Shown here: positions 25,535 to 38,495 of the stretch, one piece after another
Layout of the letters: every line of letters begins with the position of its first letter
Position numbering within the stretch: position 1 is the stretch's first letter
Position numbers and translations under genes: made by a program
NCBI GenBank assembly: GCA_951406725.2
Contig: OX597822.1
Location: 65,968,001-66,032,000 of the forward strand
DNA from: Octopus vulgaris
Taxonomy: Eukaryota
Length of the DNA: 64,000 nt
Reading direction: 5' to 3'
The notes under the pieces: model-generated
Databases searched by the model: none
What the model was told of the DNA's origin: nothing
The model's input: the letters and a program-made list of their open reading frames with translations, nothing else

Positions 25535-26050
25535 TGTTCTTTTACCGGAATTCATAAGTTACGGGGATATAAACACACCAACACCGGATGTCAAACGGTG
25601 GTAGGTGACAAACACAGACTTACGCAAAAACACACAAACATATATACACGACGGGCTTCTGTTCAGTTTCCGTCTACCAAATCCACACCAGGTTTTGATC
25701 GGCCCGAAGCCGATATAAAAAAACACTAGCCCGGTGGGTAACGCAGTGGGACTGAATACGGAATAATGTGGTTGAGAAACAAGCTTCTTATTTCTTTATT
25801 GCCCACAAGGGACTAAACATAGAGAAGACAAACAAGGACAGACAAACGGATTAACTCCATTACAGCGACCCCAGTGCGTAACTGGTACTTAATTTTATAG
25901 ACCCCCAAAAGGATGAAAGACGAAGTCGACTCCAGTGGAATTTGAACTCAGAACATGGCGGCAGATGAAATGCCGCTAAGTATTTCGTCCAGCATGCTAA
26001 CCTTTTTCGCTCAGCATGCTGCCTTCTTACCACACAGCTACTCCTGCGCC
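25535..26050 (-). mobile_element. SINE family B interrupted by a family A SINE (25791-26022)
   Basis: The family B head is split; 7-bp TSD cttctta at 25784-25790 and 26023-26029 flanks the family A copy. Confidence 0.85.
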
Positions 26051-26131
26051 ACGTAAATGTGAGAAGCAGACGTAATTTTAGGTGAACCGAAAGATTTATA
26101 GAGTGAAGTCATTTGTACATTAACTACAGGG

Positions 26132-26216
<85 letters not shown>

Positions 26217-26313
26217 TTTGCTATCTGTTTAACTGTCAATGTATGTCTCGCTTTGTCACTATATCTGTGTGTGTGCGTGTGCGTGTGTTGGTGTGTGTGT
26301 ATGCATATATACA

Positions 26314-26364
<51 letters not shown>

Positions 26365-26908
26365 TACATATACGCATATGTGTATACGTGTTGCACACAG
26401 ATTTATGATGGAAGCATAATTTGAGTCTTTTCCTCCTCAGAAATATTGTGCTAATATTAATTTACAATATTTGCTTCTTACGTAAACTGCTCATTCTTCA
26501 TTGCAACTCACATTTCAAGATGATAGCACCAATTTATTATACAAATACATCGTATTACATCAGAGAATATAACACAATATAAATATGTTCTAGAATAGCC
26601 AATAATATTAGATAAATATTGCAGATATCATATCGATGACAATTAATACTTGTTTATAATACAAACCGACACCATCAGATGGGCCTTTGGAAATTAAACA
26701 GAATTTTACAAAGGCATGGTGTTTAGTTTAAACGTAACAGCAATTCTCTCTCTGTTTCTTTGTTTTTCTCAATCATTTTCTCCTTCTTTCTCTCTAGTTC
26801 CGCATTAATGCCCTCTTTCATCTTATGATCATATCTATATATAATAAGTATGTATATATGTATGTATATATGTGTGTGTAACCAGGATATTTGCATATAC
26901 ATGTGTAG

Positions 26909-26948
<40 letters not shown>

Positions 26949-27189
26949 GTGTGCGTGTGTAAATACAATATTTATATATATTTATATACACATTGTGTGA
27001 GCATATGTTTGTGTCTGTGTATGTATTGAATTGGTTGACGTTTATCTATAAATTCATCAACCTGTTAGCTCCAAATTAAAATATGACATATACAAACTTA
27101 CACAGATATATATATATATGAATATGTACATATATGTGCATCTTTGTGTATATATATATAGATAGATATATAGATATATACACACAGAA

Positions 27190-27233
<44 letters not shown>

Positions 27234-27252
27234 TATATATGTATATATATAT

Positions 27253-27311
<59 letters not shown>

Positions 27312-27619
27312 CAGTCATATGTGAACCCAATTTCGTTGGAAATTTTTCTAACATGACGTTACGAGTGGCATATCTATTTTAGTTGCTGAGAAAATCAAAA
27401 TTACCGATTACCATTTGATACAGGAAATTACAGAATAGCGACTGCTCTGGGTACTCATCGCTAGCGACATCACAAGCTTCGTCGATATGGACAGGTCTAA
27501 AGTATTCTCAAAATTATACGTGATTTTTACATTGGATCATCGTTCAACGAAAATTCTATGCTCATATCGATCTACATGAAATATGCACCTAGCTTATCAC
27601 ATTCGATTCCTTTAGACCT

Positions 27620-27850
27620 TTATGCTGCGTTCACAACGTGAGAAACTGGTGGTTTTCGCCATGTGTAAAATATGCTGATGCAAACTGCTATATTAGGTGT
27701 TCTTGTAATGGAGGGCGATATCAGTTGAGGAAGCTTGAACGCGTTATGAAGGCGTTCACCAGGGAATATCAAGATTATGACCGACTCTAAATCTAGCTTC
27801 ATGGAATAACGTGATTTTTGTTGTATATCTTTCAAAGAGCGTGTCATTGT
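27620..27850 (-). pseudogene. Possible ancient Helitron helicase remnant
   Basis: LKDIQQKSRYSMKLDLESVIILIFPGERLHNAFKLP...TPNIA aligns almost without gaps to LAEVRHNTDIALAVASSGIAATLLPGGRTAHSAFRLP...ICNIA of the neighbouring Helitron. Confidence 0.4.
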
Positions 27851-28039
27851 CCTACTATTTTCTCTGGTATTTTCTCTGACCGATGTCACTGTTTTTCTTT
27901 GAATTTAATGTAATTAGCTGTTTCTAGTATGTTTGCGTGCGTATATACATATGTGTGTGTATGCGTGTATTGTTTTTTTTTTTTTGCAAGTTTTCTGATG
28001 TCCAATTACCCCACTACTCACATAGTTGACCCCAGTATT

Positions 28040-28176
28040 TATCTTGTCGACCCCAGTACACATCTGATTGACCCCCTAAATAATGATATGCAAAGTTGAC
28101 CACGGTGGGATTTGAACTCAGAACGCTGCGAAGCGTTTTGCCAGGCATCCTAACGATCCTGCCACTTCGTTGCCTT
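28040..28176 (-). mobile_element. Degenerate SINE family A
   Basis: gcaaagttgaccacggtgggatttgaactcagaacg..catcctaacgatcctgccacttcgttgcc. Confidence 0.7.
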
Positions 28177-28485
28177 CCTTATGGCAATAGTAAACAGTCA
28201 TCGGTCGGTCACTGAATCAGCTAAGTTTGCTAAAGTCCATTCGTCGTTATTCGAGACCTCTCTGCTCAGGTAATTTTGATAAATGGGAAGTATATTGATT
28301 TGAGGGTGTCATATTTTAAAGAACGTGAGAGGATCAAACAGAAGGATGACCTGAACGATGTTTCAAATAGGCCCTTTAAAAGACGGAAGTATACACAACA
28401 TATTTCTTCTGACACACGATTCTGGCGAATAAATATAATAATTAGGTAAGTGCATTGAGTCATTACACACACATACAGACAGACA

Positions 28486-28548
<63 letters not shown>

Positions 28549-30224
28549 GCAAGCACACACAAACACACACTTGTATATAGAAGCTTATACATAACTCATA
28601 TACGTATAAATTCATAGAAATGCATATGTTTATACATAAAGTTGCAGGCAGAGGATTAAGAGCAAACTCTTGTATATGCTATGTACAATACCCACGTGCG
28701 ATACTTGGACAGACACGTGCACGTAGATGTGTACACAAGTGCTACTAACACATGTGTGATTGTATGTGCATAAGTGCACACGTGCAATATTAAATGAATT
28801 CCAATCAAAAAAGTGTATATAATATCGTTGGGTCTTCATGGACGAGGAGAGTCTCCACTGCTACATAATTTCTTCTTATTTAAGGATGCTCAAATGCAAG
28901 TTCGATTTCTTCTACATAAACTAAAATTACAAGACTGTCCCTGCTATGAGAACGGTACTGCTTCTAGCAGTTATAATGTTTGCTATTCATGTTGCTGAAC
29001 CATTGTTCTTTTTACACTATGATTGTTCATTTTCACATTAAGAAATGGTCAAAGTTGAATTGATGTGACTTAGCTTTAATCGATGTAACGGTAAGATTTT
29101 TTCATATTTTATCGTGATGAAAAGCAATATAGCTGAACAACGTTTAGGGTAAAATTACGCAACTACCTTTCAGTGGTGGAAAGAGTGCCGTTGCCGTGCA
29201 TTTTACTTATTTGAATAATCTATTCTGCTGCCATATCTGTGTGCGAGTAATATGGGGATGCTTGGGAAGATATACAGCTAGTTTCTGTAAGCAGAAACTA
29301 TGGAATTAAAAGGAGCACTATGCTGTGTAGGAAATTCTCGTAATAGTTAGTTTACTGTAGGGCTTTTCCTATCGAAAAGCCTCAAACTATCTTGAAAAGA
29401 AATCCATTGGAAAAAGCATGATTCGAATAACATTAACATAGTTACAACCAATATGTGTATAGATACGTTGATATAATGACAGACTAATGAATCAAATTCT
29501 TCCTCCAGATAATTGCTAACGTTCGCGCATTTATATCACATGTATATAGAGAATTGCTTCTAGGTTTTGCTGCAATGTTTAGTGCATCACTTCCAGCGTA
29601 ATAGCAACTACTGGAGCTATATAATTTTTTTTACCGAGGACCTACGTTTATTTACCATCTAGAAACCCTCAGGTTATGAATGTTTGTTGTTGCAACAGTA
29701 TTTCACAATCAAGTTTTATGTTCGAGTTTACGTAATGCAGATTCACAAGATGCTATTATTTCTTTGCATTGTCGTGCAAATACATTAGTTTCAGTGTCGA
29801 GGTTCCTATCAATTTATTCAACATGTTCCACACTATTTTCAAACAAAGATAGCGACTGAGAAAAGATACCTTTTACAGAATTTGTACATCTTCCATACAA
29901 ATTATTTTCTTTTTCATACGTTCATGTTCGTAATTACAAAATTTTCATTCGAAAATTCATTCATTTGAGCGAGATAATAAGCATCAACATTACCTCACTA
30001 TACTTCCTGAAAGATATCGACTTTCTTGAAATGCCATATTATTTCCTATTGTTGTGTGAATTTCATACATGCATACTAACTATTCCCTACAATATATGTT
30101 GCGACATATTTGATCTATGTGATGTATTACACATGCCTTCGATGAGTTATATTTGTATTTATTCATCCTTCTTAAAACGGCCATCTTGACCAAGCTTATT
30201 GTACTTGTAATATTGAATGCCATT

Positions 30225-30395
30225 TTAGCGGCATTTCGTCCGCCTTCACGTCTGAGTTCAAATTCAGTCGAGTTCAGCTTTGACTTTTATCTTTTCCGGG
30301 TCGATAAAATAAATACTATTTGAGCAGTGGGTCAATGAAATCGACGGGACCCTATCCTGAAATCCTTGGTCTTGTGCCAAAATTTGAAATCAATA
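30225..30395 (+). mobile_element. SINE family A, 5'-truncated
   Basis: ttagcggcatttcgtcc..tgagttcaaattc..tttccgggtcgataaaataaatac..cttgtgccaaaatttgaaatcaat. Confidence 0.75.
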
Positions 30396-31274
30396 TCGAA
30401 CGTCATTATAAAAACAAAGTCGAAATTTAGTAACGGGATTCAGATAATTCTTGAAGCAAAAAAGATATTTTCGTTTGATTCAACGCCGACTAACTAAATT
30501 TGAGGTCTCAAGACTATTCATTACCAGTTTCCGAAGTTTGGAATATCTGGAAAACATGTTTTCCAGTTACGTCAAGTAATCTGTTAGCGATATTTTCCGT
30601 TGAGACTCTTTACCAGGGCCGATAGATAGGAATACTTCTCTATTTTGGACCATCACTTTCATCACAATGATGTAACTCGTTTCTTTTCGAGGTAGTTGTG
30701 AACATCTTTTCAACAAGATCAGCATCATACAACACCAAGTTAAAGTTTGGCTGTGACTCCACAGTTTGTTATAGAAAAACAAATAAGGAAAGTTACTAAA
30801 TAATTCTGCAACTGCAATAAACATTAATAGAAAAGTGAAAATAGAGTATATAAATGAAAGTTCAAAATAGAATGTCCTAATAAATCATTGTAACAGCTTA
30901 CGGTACGATATTCTCTCACAGATAAGCGTCGAACCCGTTTGATCTTCTTAAATCGTACTGACTTCTTACTCGCCAAATTTCGCCGTACGTACGTATGTAT
31001 GTATCCATATTGATGTGTATATTCATATGTATATGCATTTACACACACACATACATACATACATACACACCTATACACACAATAGATATAACTGAAATAA
31101 TTTAGAGTTAACAAGGAATAAGGTTGGATAGTTCTTTTCAATCACAAGCTTTGTACTGTACTCTACTACGTACTTAACAGTATATATATTATCCATATTT
31201 CTGCAGCGTACTTACGATGGAGAGATGCTGATGTATAACTGTATACAAATTCTTTAAAAAAATATGTATATATA

Positions 31275-31477
31275 ATCCCTTCTACTATAGGCGAAAGGCC
31301 TGTAGCTGTGGTCGATCACATCGACCCAAGTGCATAACTGGTATTTATTTCATCGACTTCGAAAGTATAGATAGCAAACTTGACATCGGTGGGATTTGAA
31401 CACAGAACCTGAAGACGGACGAAGTGCTGTTAAGCATTTTACCAGGCGTGCTAACGGTTCTGCTAGCTCACCGCCTT
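31275..31477 (-). mobile_element. SINE family A (monomer)
   Basis: aatcccttctactataggc..actggtattt..atcgac..gatttgaac..gcgtgctaacggttctgctagctcaccgcc. Confidence 0.8.
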
Positions 31478-32240
31478 GAAGTATGTATGTATAATAACAT
31501 GAACGATTTATCCATCAGTTGAAAACCCCATATCTTAATAGTTTGATCAACTGAACAGCAAACCTATGGTGTAAGTTACTACCTCATCCACAGACACTTG
31601 TATTTCAACTTAATCATCTTATACAATTACTGTGATATAGAATTTAATAACACTGGAGTTTCGAGACTGCTGGGATATTTGGCAATTTTATTTTTTTATG
31701 AAAGCGATATCATTTTTAAGTTTCAGGGACGAACACAAAGCTTTAGTGGAATATATTTCAGCTGCTTCCAAAGAGCTTCTTTGAAGCGCGGCTATATCAT
31801 TTGGTATCAAATGTCATAATATGTAAAAAAAAAAAAAAAGAAATCGTGTGAGAAAGAATAATTGCATAGCTCTATTCCAAAGAGCTTGAGAGAAGGGAAC
31901 ATTAGTTCAAAAGAATATTCTTATATATAATATCTGTCTTCAAGTACAGCTTGGCGAAAAGAAAGCCCTTTAATACAGTAATAATTTATTTCGAGTCTAC
32001 TGAACGGCGAGATATATTTTACGGTTTAATACAATCTAATTAATTCAACATAATTATATTTGTTTATGCTTTCAATAAACATTGAGACACTGACTTTCTA
32101 AACACCTGTTATGTGCAGTTATATTTATAATGAAATTTGGATTTGTCGTGATATCTCATACTTTTTCCTTTATCCCATTCCTCCCTAAACCTCTCTCTCT
32201 CTCTCTCTCTGCATGAATACACATAGACATACATGGACAC

Positions 32241-32279
<39 letters not shown>

Positions 32280-32429
32280 CATATAGAGATACACGTTTAT
32301 ATATACACTAGCAGCATAGCCCGGCGTTGCCCGGGTCTGTAAGAGCCCCTAGTAGGCAACGACTAATCCCAATGTAGTCCTTTCCCTCCAGGGAACGAAG
32401 GTGCATGTGGACGTTGCAATGTCTTGTCT

Positions 32430-35400
32430 TCACTGGAATACTTCTGTATATACGATGTTCCTAGCTGTCCGTTTGGGCGAAAACATGAAAACATCATTGC
32501 GCCTCCCAACGCGTGAACAGCCCACGTAGAGTTGACCGTGGGCGAAGCACTGTTCGCCCAAATGTAACCCAGCGACTTGTAGCGTTTGGCCTTGGGATTT
32601 ATTGATGGACATTGCGAAGCAGAGTTTAACAGGAAACTGAGAACGCCTGAAGTGGATTGGTAGGTCAGCGCCCGACGGTTGAAGGTGCATCCGTGGAATG
32701 AAGACGTCCTCTCCCTTCCCACAACCGGTAAGTATTGTGGCCGTTATTAAATGTGGTGCCAAATGTTTCACAACCAAACGTGTGCCGTTGCACTGTTTAG
32801 GTGGAACCAAATTCCTGATGAGCATAATGGGCGCACCGACTTTTAACTTCAGGATGTGTGGTGGCAGGCCTGGCGGTTCAAGTGAATTCAGGAATTCAAC
32901 AGGATAATCGGCAAGCTGGGCGGGGTCTGCTGTCCTATCTATAGATTTGTAGACGTGGACATCACCAGGAATAGCTTCAAGTAGCTGGATATTGATGGAG
33001 TTGACGGTTGTATTTTTGGGTGCGAGAATAGCTCTGCCTGCCAGCCATTTTAGGTCGCGTAAATTGTTTTGTAGGTCGTGGAAGACAGCGTCCCGGAGGA
33101 TAGCAGGGGTGTCGACAATGGTGCAAAGTGAGTCCAATTGAACGTAGCCATCCGCATCAGACAGCATCCTATTTTCACCGAGCGATAAGAGGTCCCTGGA
33201 GAATGCAGCGGATCCGCTGTCACCAATTAACTGCGCGCACATGTTAGCTTGGAGGTGCAAGGGCCGCACATGTGCCCAAAGAGCTGACGACTTAAGGCAC
33301 GCGCGCACGGCATCGGCACGGGTTCCTTTTGGAATAACAGGTAGAGTCTGCCTGAAGTCTCCTGAAAGAAGTAAAGTTAATCCTCCCATGGGGGCCGTAG
33401 AGTCTCTGATGTCTTGCAGGGACCTGTCCAGTGCCTCAAGGGCGCCTTTGTGTGCCATAGTGCACTCGTCCCATACGATGAGTTTGCATCTGCGCAGAAT
33501 GTCGGCCTGTTCTGAGTTCTTGGCGATGTTGCAGATAGGTGACTCGGACTTTGCCAGATCGAGCGGGAGTCTGAAGGCAGAGTGGGCGGTTCTGCCACCC
33601 GGAAGCAACGTGGCCGCGATACCAGAGGAAGCTACAGCCAGGGCAATGTCCGTGTTGTGTCTGACCTCTGCCAGAATTAGTTTAGTGACGAAGGTTTTGC
33701 CAGTGCCGCCGGGTGCATCAAGGAAGAAAATCCCCCCACGTTGCTGTCTGACAGAGTCTACGATGGTGTTGTAGGCTATGCGCTGGTCTGGAAGCAGCCG
33801 TGGTTCATTATCTTGGACGTACTGGTGCAGTTCCTCAATGCAGTAGGAAGTTTCGCGTAACAATTCAACAGACATAACATTGGCGTGTTCACGTGTGGGT
33901 GGTGGAAGGCCGTACTCTGTTAAAGCAGACCCACCCATATCGATGACAGCGTCTTCGAGTTGAATGAGCGCAAAATTGTAAATGAAGTTGGTGAACGTGA
34001 TCTCGGCGGAAGGGCAGTGTTGCTGAGCCGTACGTAAGAAGTCGTGCGACATGTCATCCCTGTATTTCATCCAGAGACTTAGTGGATCACTAAGCTGACA
34101 TTTTTGAAGAAGGATTGCGAAAAGATGTCGTAGGGCCGAATGCGTTTGCAGTAAAGCACCCTCTGCCATCGTGGCGTCCCACTGGGAGTCATCCTCTAGA
34201 AGGCCAAGTCTCATACATGCTTCCCTGAAGGTGTCGCACAGAACCCCATTGACGGTACGTATATTGGCGAAACCTGTTGGACCAGTGACCTCATGTAGAA
34301 GGAGACGGAGGTAGAAGCATTCTTGTTGGTTTGGCGGGATGTTGTAAACTCGACCCAAGCAGGAGTCAAACTTGACGCCTGGGAAGCTTTCGACGTTTTT
34401 GCCGGATTTCCGTCGAACTCAGGTGTTTTTAGACCACACGAAGTACGATGGGACCTGTGGGTACAAAAGCGTTCGAGCGAAGTCATCACGTTGGCATAAT
34501 TTGAAGAAACCAGTCAACGTTGTGTCTTTAGGGCTGGTGGCTATCTGCACAGCACTTTGCTCTGTGAAGTAAATCCGCTGTCCATTTTCCAAGTGTACAG
34601 CAAGCTGCACCACAGCCGGGTGTCTCTGATGGAGCGGGAAGCCGTAAATGCGCCAAAACGCTTCGTTGCTGCTGAGGTACCGGCCAGCCAAGTAGTTGGA
34701 CACTTCGTCGCGACTGGTGGTCCTCTGGATGCTGAACATGGCAGCATCGCTGCCTTTGTTGATATATTTGCAGACATATTGTATTGACCTGATGGAACTG
34801 CAGAACTCAACGTTGACGTGGGCTTTGAATATCTTCGACAGGAGAGGACAGTAGGGGACAATGTAGCTGTTGTCCACTTGATGTCGCCCAACCGTAATCG
34901 TGCGGCCTCCATTGGCTGGACTCCTTCGTTTGTACAGCGGATACCCATCGCCGCCTGTTTGAGTCTCCAAAGTGAACCGTTTAGGGAATCCCTTTGAGCA
35001 GGCTAATCCGTTTTTGTAGCATGGTGTGTTGGCGTAATTTGGTCCACAGGGCCCGTGTACCATGGTAGTGCGGACAATTTCGTAGAGTCCGGGGTCCTCA
35101 TCGGGGTCAGGAATCTCGGCGGAAATGAATTTGTCAATGTCATTAGTCTCGATTTTATGAGTGAGCCAAATTAAGATGTGAGCATGTGGCAAGCCCCTCT
35201 TTTGCCACTCGACCGAAAACATGTGGCACCTGACATGCCCGAAAATCTGACCCTTAACTATCAAATCCTTCATTTTGCCCAAATTCAGACGGAAAACCCA
35301 AGCAACGATGTCGCGTCGATGGGTGTGAGATTGACCCGGGAGGCGTTCGCGAGTGATTTCGTCGCAGCTGGGATTGCACGTGTAGGTGATAAAGAGGTCC

Positions 35401-37299
35401 GGCCGGCCGTAAATGCGCACGTAGGTCAAGGCGTCTTGGGTCCTTTCACGCATATATCGCGGTCCTCCCGTGAAGGTGGAGGGTAGAATGCATGGCTTGC
35501 CGATGTTGCGAGGGTCATTTTCTTGTTGCAAACCGTCACGGAGATGAATGTAGGAGTCGGAGCGAAGTTTGGTCTGATTAAGTTTAATGTATAGCAGCCT
35601 TTCCGATTCCATTTTTGCGGCCATGTCGACGGCGAACTGGTTGAATAGCTGACGACAACGGGGCAATAAGTTGAACTCACCCTCCCTGACCATGAACCGG
35701 TATGAGTAGAACGCCCTGTAGGAAACCGTCTTTGATGCCGCAGTAGTTTGATTGAAGGGCTGCCGTAAAGGAATTCCGAAGTGGTAGCCGTCTTCCCCAT
35801 AAGGGGAAAGCAATGGATACTGAAGCGCGTCATAAGATCTGTGAGTCTCGCTGATCCTGTGTAGGTTGTTACCACTGGAGGAGATGATTATGTCACGGCT
35901 GTTGTGTTGCTCTCCGTGTATGACTGCGGCAATTTCGTTGCACGCAGGTGCGTTGAAACGGCGTTCGTGCTCCCCGTGGGGTCGTTTATCAGCATCAATG
36001 ACAACGGTGAAGTTTGGAGATGGAGCACTGTCCAAGGCATATCTGAAGCTGCAGACGTAGCTGTTGATATCATGAAGCATGGTTTGGAGACGGAGAAGAA
36101 TGTCTTTGCGGGGAACATAGCTTGTACCCGGTATTATTCCAAGGCGTGCATCAACCTGGTGGTTGTAGTCGGCAATGAAGTATATTTGGAGGAAAGAAGA
36201 CTGCTGAATCTCGTCTGGCAGAAGTGACCCAATAAGATGGTAGACCTGTCCCTGCACTTTGAAAGTAGGCATCCAGCCTTCTCTGGGAGGAATTTTGGCC
36301 CCGAAAGAGGTCATTTGGAATGAGCAGTTGTACTTTCGAATTATTTCAAGGAATTGTGACGAATTGGGGGTTAAACCCGCCGCGAGATCCTTCAGTGGTT
36401 GAGGTGGTTCCCGTAGGGGTGGCAGGTCCACTTTGCCACCAGAGCAGCACAAACCAGGTGGCTCTCCGGGCCATTTCTTGGCTTTGCAAAACTGGCATAC
36501 AATTGTCATTGACCCTATCTTGATGTCGTCACGCAAGGAGAAGTTAATTGTGGCGTCGTAGTTGAATGCTAGTGACAACCAGAAAGCGGGGGCAGGGGTA
36601 CGTACACCACGAATGATATCCCGACGTTTGTTGATACTCTCAAGTCGAGTGCACCGTGCCTCAGCAGATTCAGATGCACGTGCGACAGCGGTAGCAGTGG
36701 CATCCCTTGAAAGCCTTTCAGCTCTCGCCTCAGCACCCTCTGAAGCCCTAGCAGAAGCAGTGCTAATGGCATGTCTGGATGTCCGAATAGTCCGTTGGTG
36801 TGGAGTTTCGGCAGATCGAGCCCTGGCTGTTTGCGGCGTTAGCAGCTTGGCGAGCTCTCCTCTGTTGAGGTGTTTCGGCAGCTTTGGCCATGGCTTTGTT
36901 TGCGGCGTCAGCACATTGGCGAGTTCTCCTCTGCTGTGAGGTTTCGACAGATCGTGTCCTGGCGGTGCTAGTGGCGTTAGCCGCATTCCGAATGGCCCTT
37001 TGTTCGGGGTTCTCGCGAGCTCTGCGGATGGAAGCACAGTAAGAAGCCCGCATGTTTTGGCTGGACTGTTGCTCTTTCGTCAACCTCGAGCGGAGGGAAG
37101 ATCTGTACGCTGCGACCCTTGCAAGTCGGGTAGAACGGTCGCTAGTAGTTTCAGATGCCTGAGCAGCGGCATAACGGGAAGCTGTTTGCGAGAGGCGCAA
37201 GGCGGTTTCCTCGTGGGTCTCGCGTGCCCTTCTAGCCCTAGCAGCCGATGCCTTGGCCGTCCGAGGGCTGAGGAGGGTCCTTCTCTTCTTGGGTGGCAT
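32430..37299 (-). pseudogene. Helitron RepHel transposase (HUH/Y2 Rep + PIF1-family SF1 helicase), ~1620 aa when reconstructed; one frameshift (~36830) and one in-frame stop (34419-34421)
   Basis: Starts MPPKKRR (ATG at 37299). Zn-finger-like CQFC...CC. Rep motifs PDLFITYTCNP, VEWQKRGLPHAHIL (HUH) and YVCKYINKG. Helicase motifs LDAPGGTGKT, IVWDECTM, GDFRQTLPV, SINKSQGQT and HGQLYVGCSRV. The 872-aa and 642-aa ORFs are in the same frame, joined by KNT*VRRKSGKNVESFPGVKFDSCLGRVY. Confidence 0.95.
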
Positions 37300-37421
37300 T
37301 TTGGTGGATAGCAATGTGTTTGGCAAAGGTGTAATAAAAAGGAACACGTGGGGTAAGTATTTTGGTGGATAGCAATGTGTTTGGTAAAGGTGTAATAAAA
37401 AGGAGCTCGTGGGGTAAGTAT
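37300..37421. repeat. Two tandem copies of a 61-bp unit directly upstream of the Helitron ATG
   Basis: tttggtggatagcaatgtgtttggYaaaggtgtaataaaaagga...cgtggggtaagtat at 37300-37360 and 37361-37421, with about 3 differences. Confidence 0.9.
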
Positions 37422-38495
37422 CCGAAAATGTATAAAAATGTACAAAAACGGCCAAAAAGCTGGCAGCAATGTGAGTGACAACAACGAAAAAGTCAAAAGT
37501 GATCAAACTGAACAAACGAAAGGAAAAGTTTTTTGATGCACACGACAAAAGTGGTTTATAATAAACCAAGAGTTTGCAAGTAGCGTCCGAGGACCGTTAG
37601 GGTACGTCAAAAATTGAAGGTAAAACGTTTGGGGTGGTAGTTATAAAGAAAGTTTAAACAAAAAAAGTATTCGAATAACTTGCGGCTGCAGCAGCTATTA
37701 GCAGAAGTGGCGGTGTTGGGGGTAAAGTCTCGAATGTAATTTCTTCCTGGTAGGAATTGGTTGGATCGAATTATCGATAGCTAAAAAGGTCAAGTTGCGT
37801 CCCCTAGACAGTCTGGTTTGTGTTTAATACACAAATTTGTTTGCTATGTGTGCCACATATGATTAAATTAACCGATTTTTTCCAATAATGTATCCTATTG
37901 GAATAAAAAGGGCTATATAGCTCCTTGGAGCAGACATGATGCTCGTTGTGAAAAAAAAAAAGATTCCTGCCAATTTGTGAAAGATATTGTCGAAAATATG
38001 TCATCTTGAATTTGAACGCGATTTCCCAAAATGGCATGATTTTATCGATTGTTTCTGATGGTAAGGTATTGCATGGAAAACTAAAGTCAGAATTGAGTTT
38101 CTTAGGGTAACATTAAGCTTCACCATGAGTTTGGTGAAAATCGATTGCAAGTCGTGAAAACTACCATAGATAATGCGTTGCATAAAAAAAGCTTAGATTC
38201 TCGAGTTGCGTCCCCTAGACAGTCTGTGGTTCATGTTTATGATTCTCGACCCCATGTCGAATTTATCAATTTTTTTCAGAACTGGGGGAACTTTTCAAAA
38301 TTTTCGCTGCGTTAGTTTTGAATTATGACATTGGGCTATGTGTGTGTCAAGTTTCAGCAGAATCGGTTGAAAGCCGTGGTCAGGGTGAGGGTACGAGAAA
38401 ACAGACACACAGAAGCACGCACAGACAAACTGCCGTTTATATATAGAGAGATATATATACACATATATATATATACGGTTATATATACACATATG

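Larger units (their letters stand above)
32308..38451 (-). mobile_element. Full-length autonomous-type Helitron (rolling-circle transposon), 6144 bp
   Basis: Minus-strand 5' end reads A|TCTCTCTATATATAAACGG (T at 38451). The 3' end reads ACCCGGGCAACGCCGGGCTATGCTGCTAG|T, with a CCCGG/CCGGG hairpin at 32320-32335 and CTAG at 32308-32311. Inserted between A and T with no TSD. Encloses a Rep-helicase ORF. Confidence 0.96.

Noticed and set aside
28025-28078. Three spaced gacccc repeats resembling a mini CRISPR array
   Set aside because: Eukaryotic context, no cas genes, and the units derive from the SINE family A tail.
34419-34421. Programmed readthrough or selenocysteine at the Helitron in-frame TGA
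   Set aside because: The position corresponds to a typical Trp in W.RR; a single G>A change is simpler, and no SECIS or readthrough signal was identified.
32363-37311. Many overlapping and antisense ORFs inside the Helitron as possible captured genes
   Set aside because: Expected shadows of a GC-rich coding frame; the RepHel frame accounts for the whole interval.
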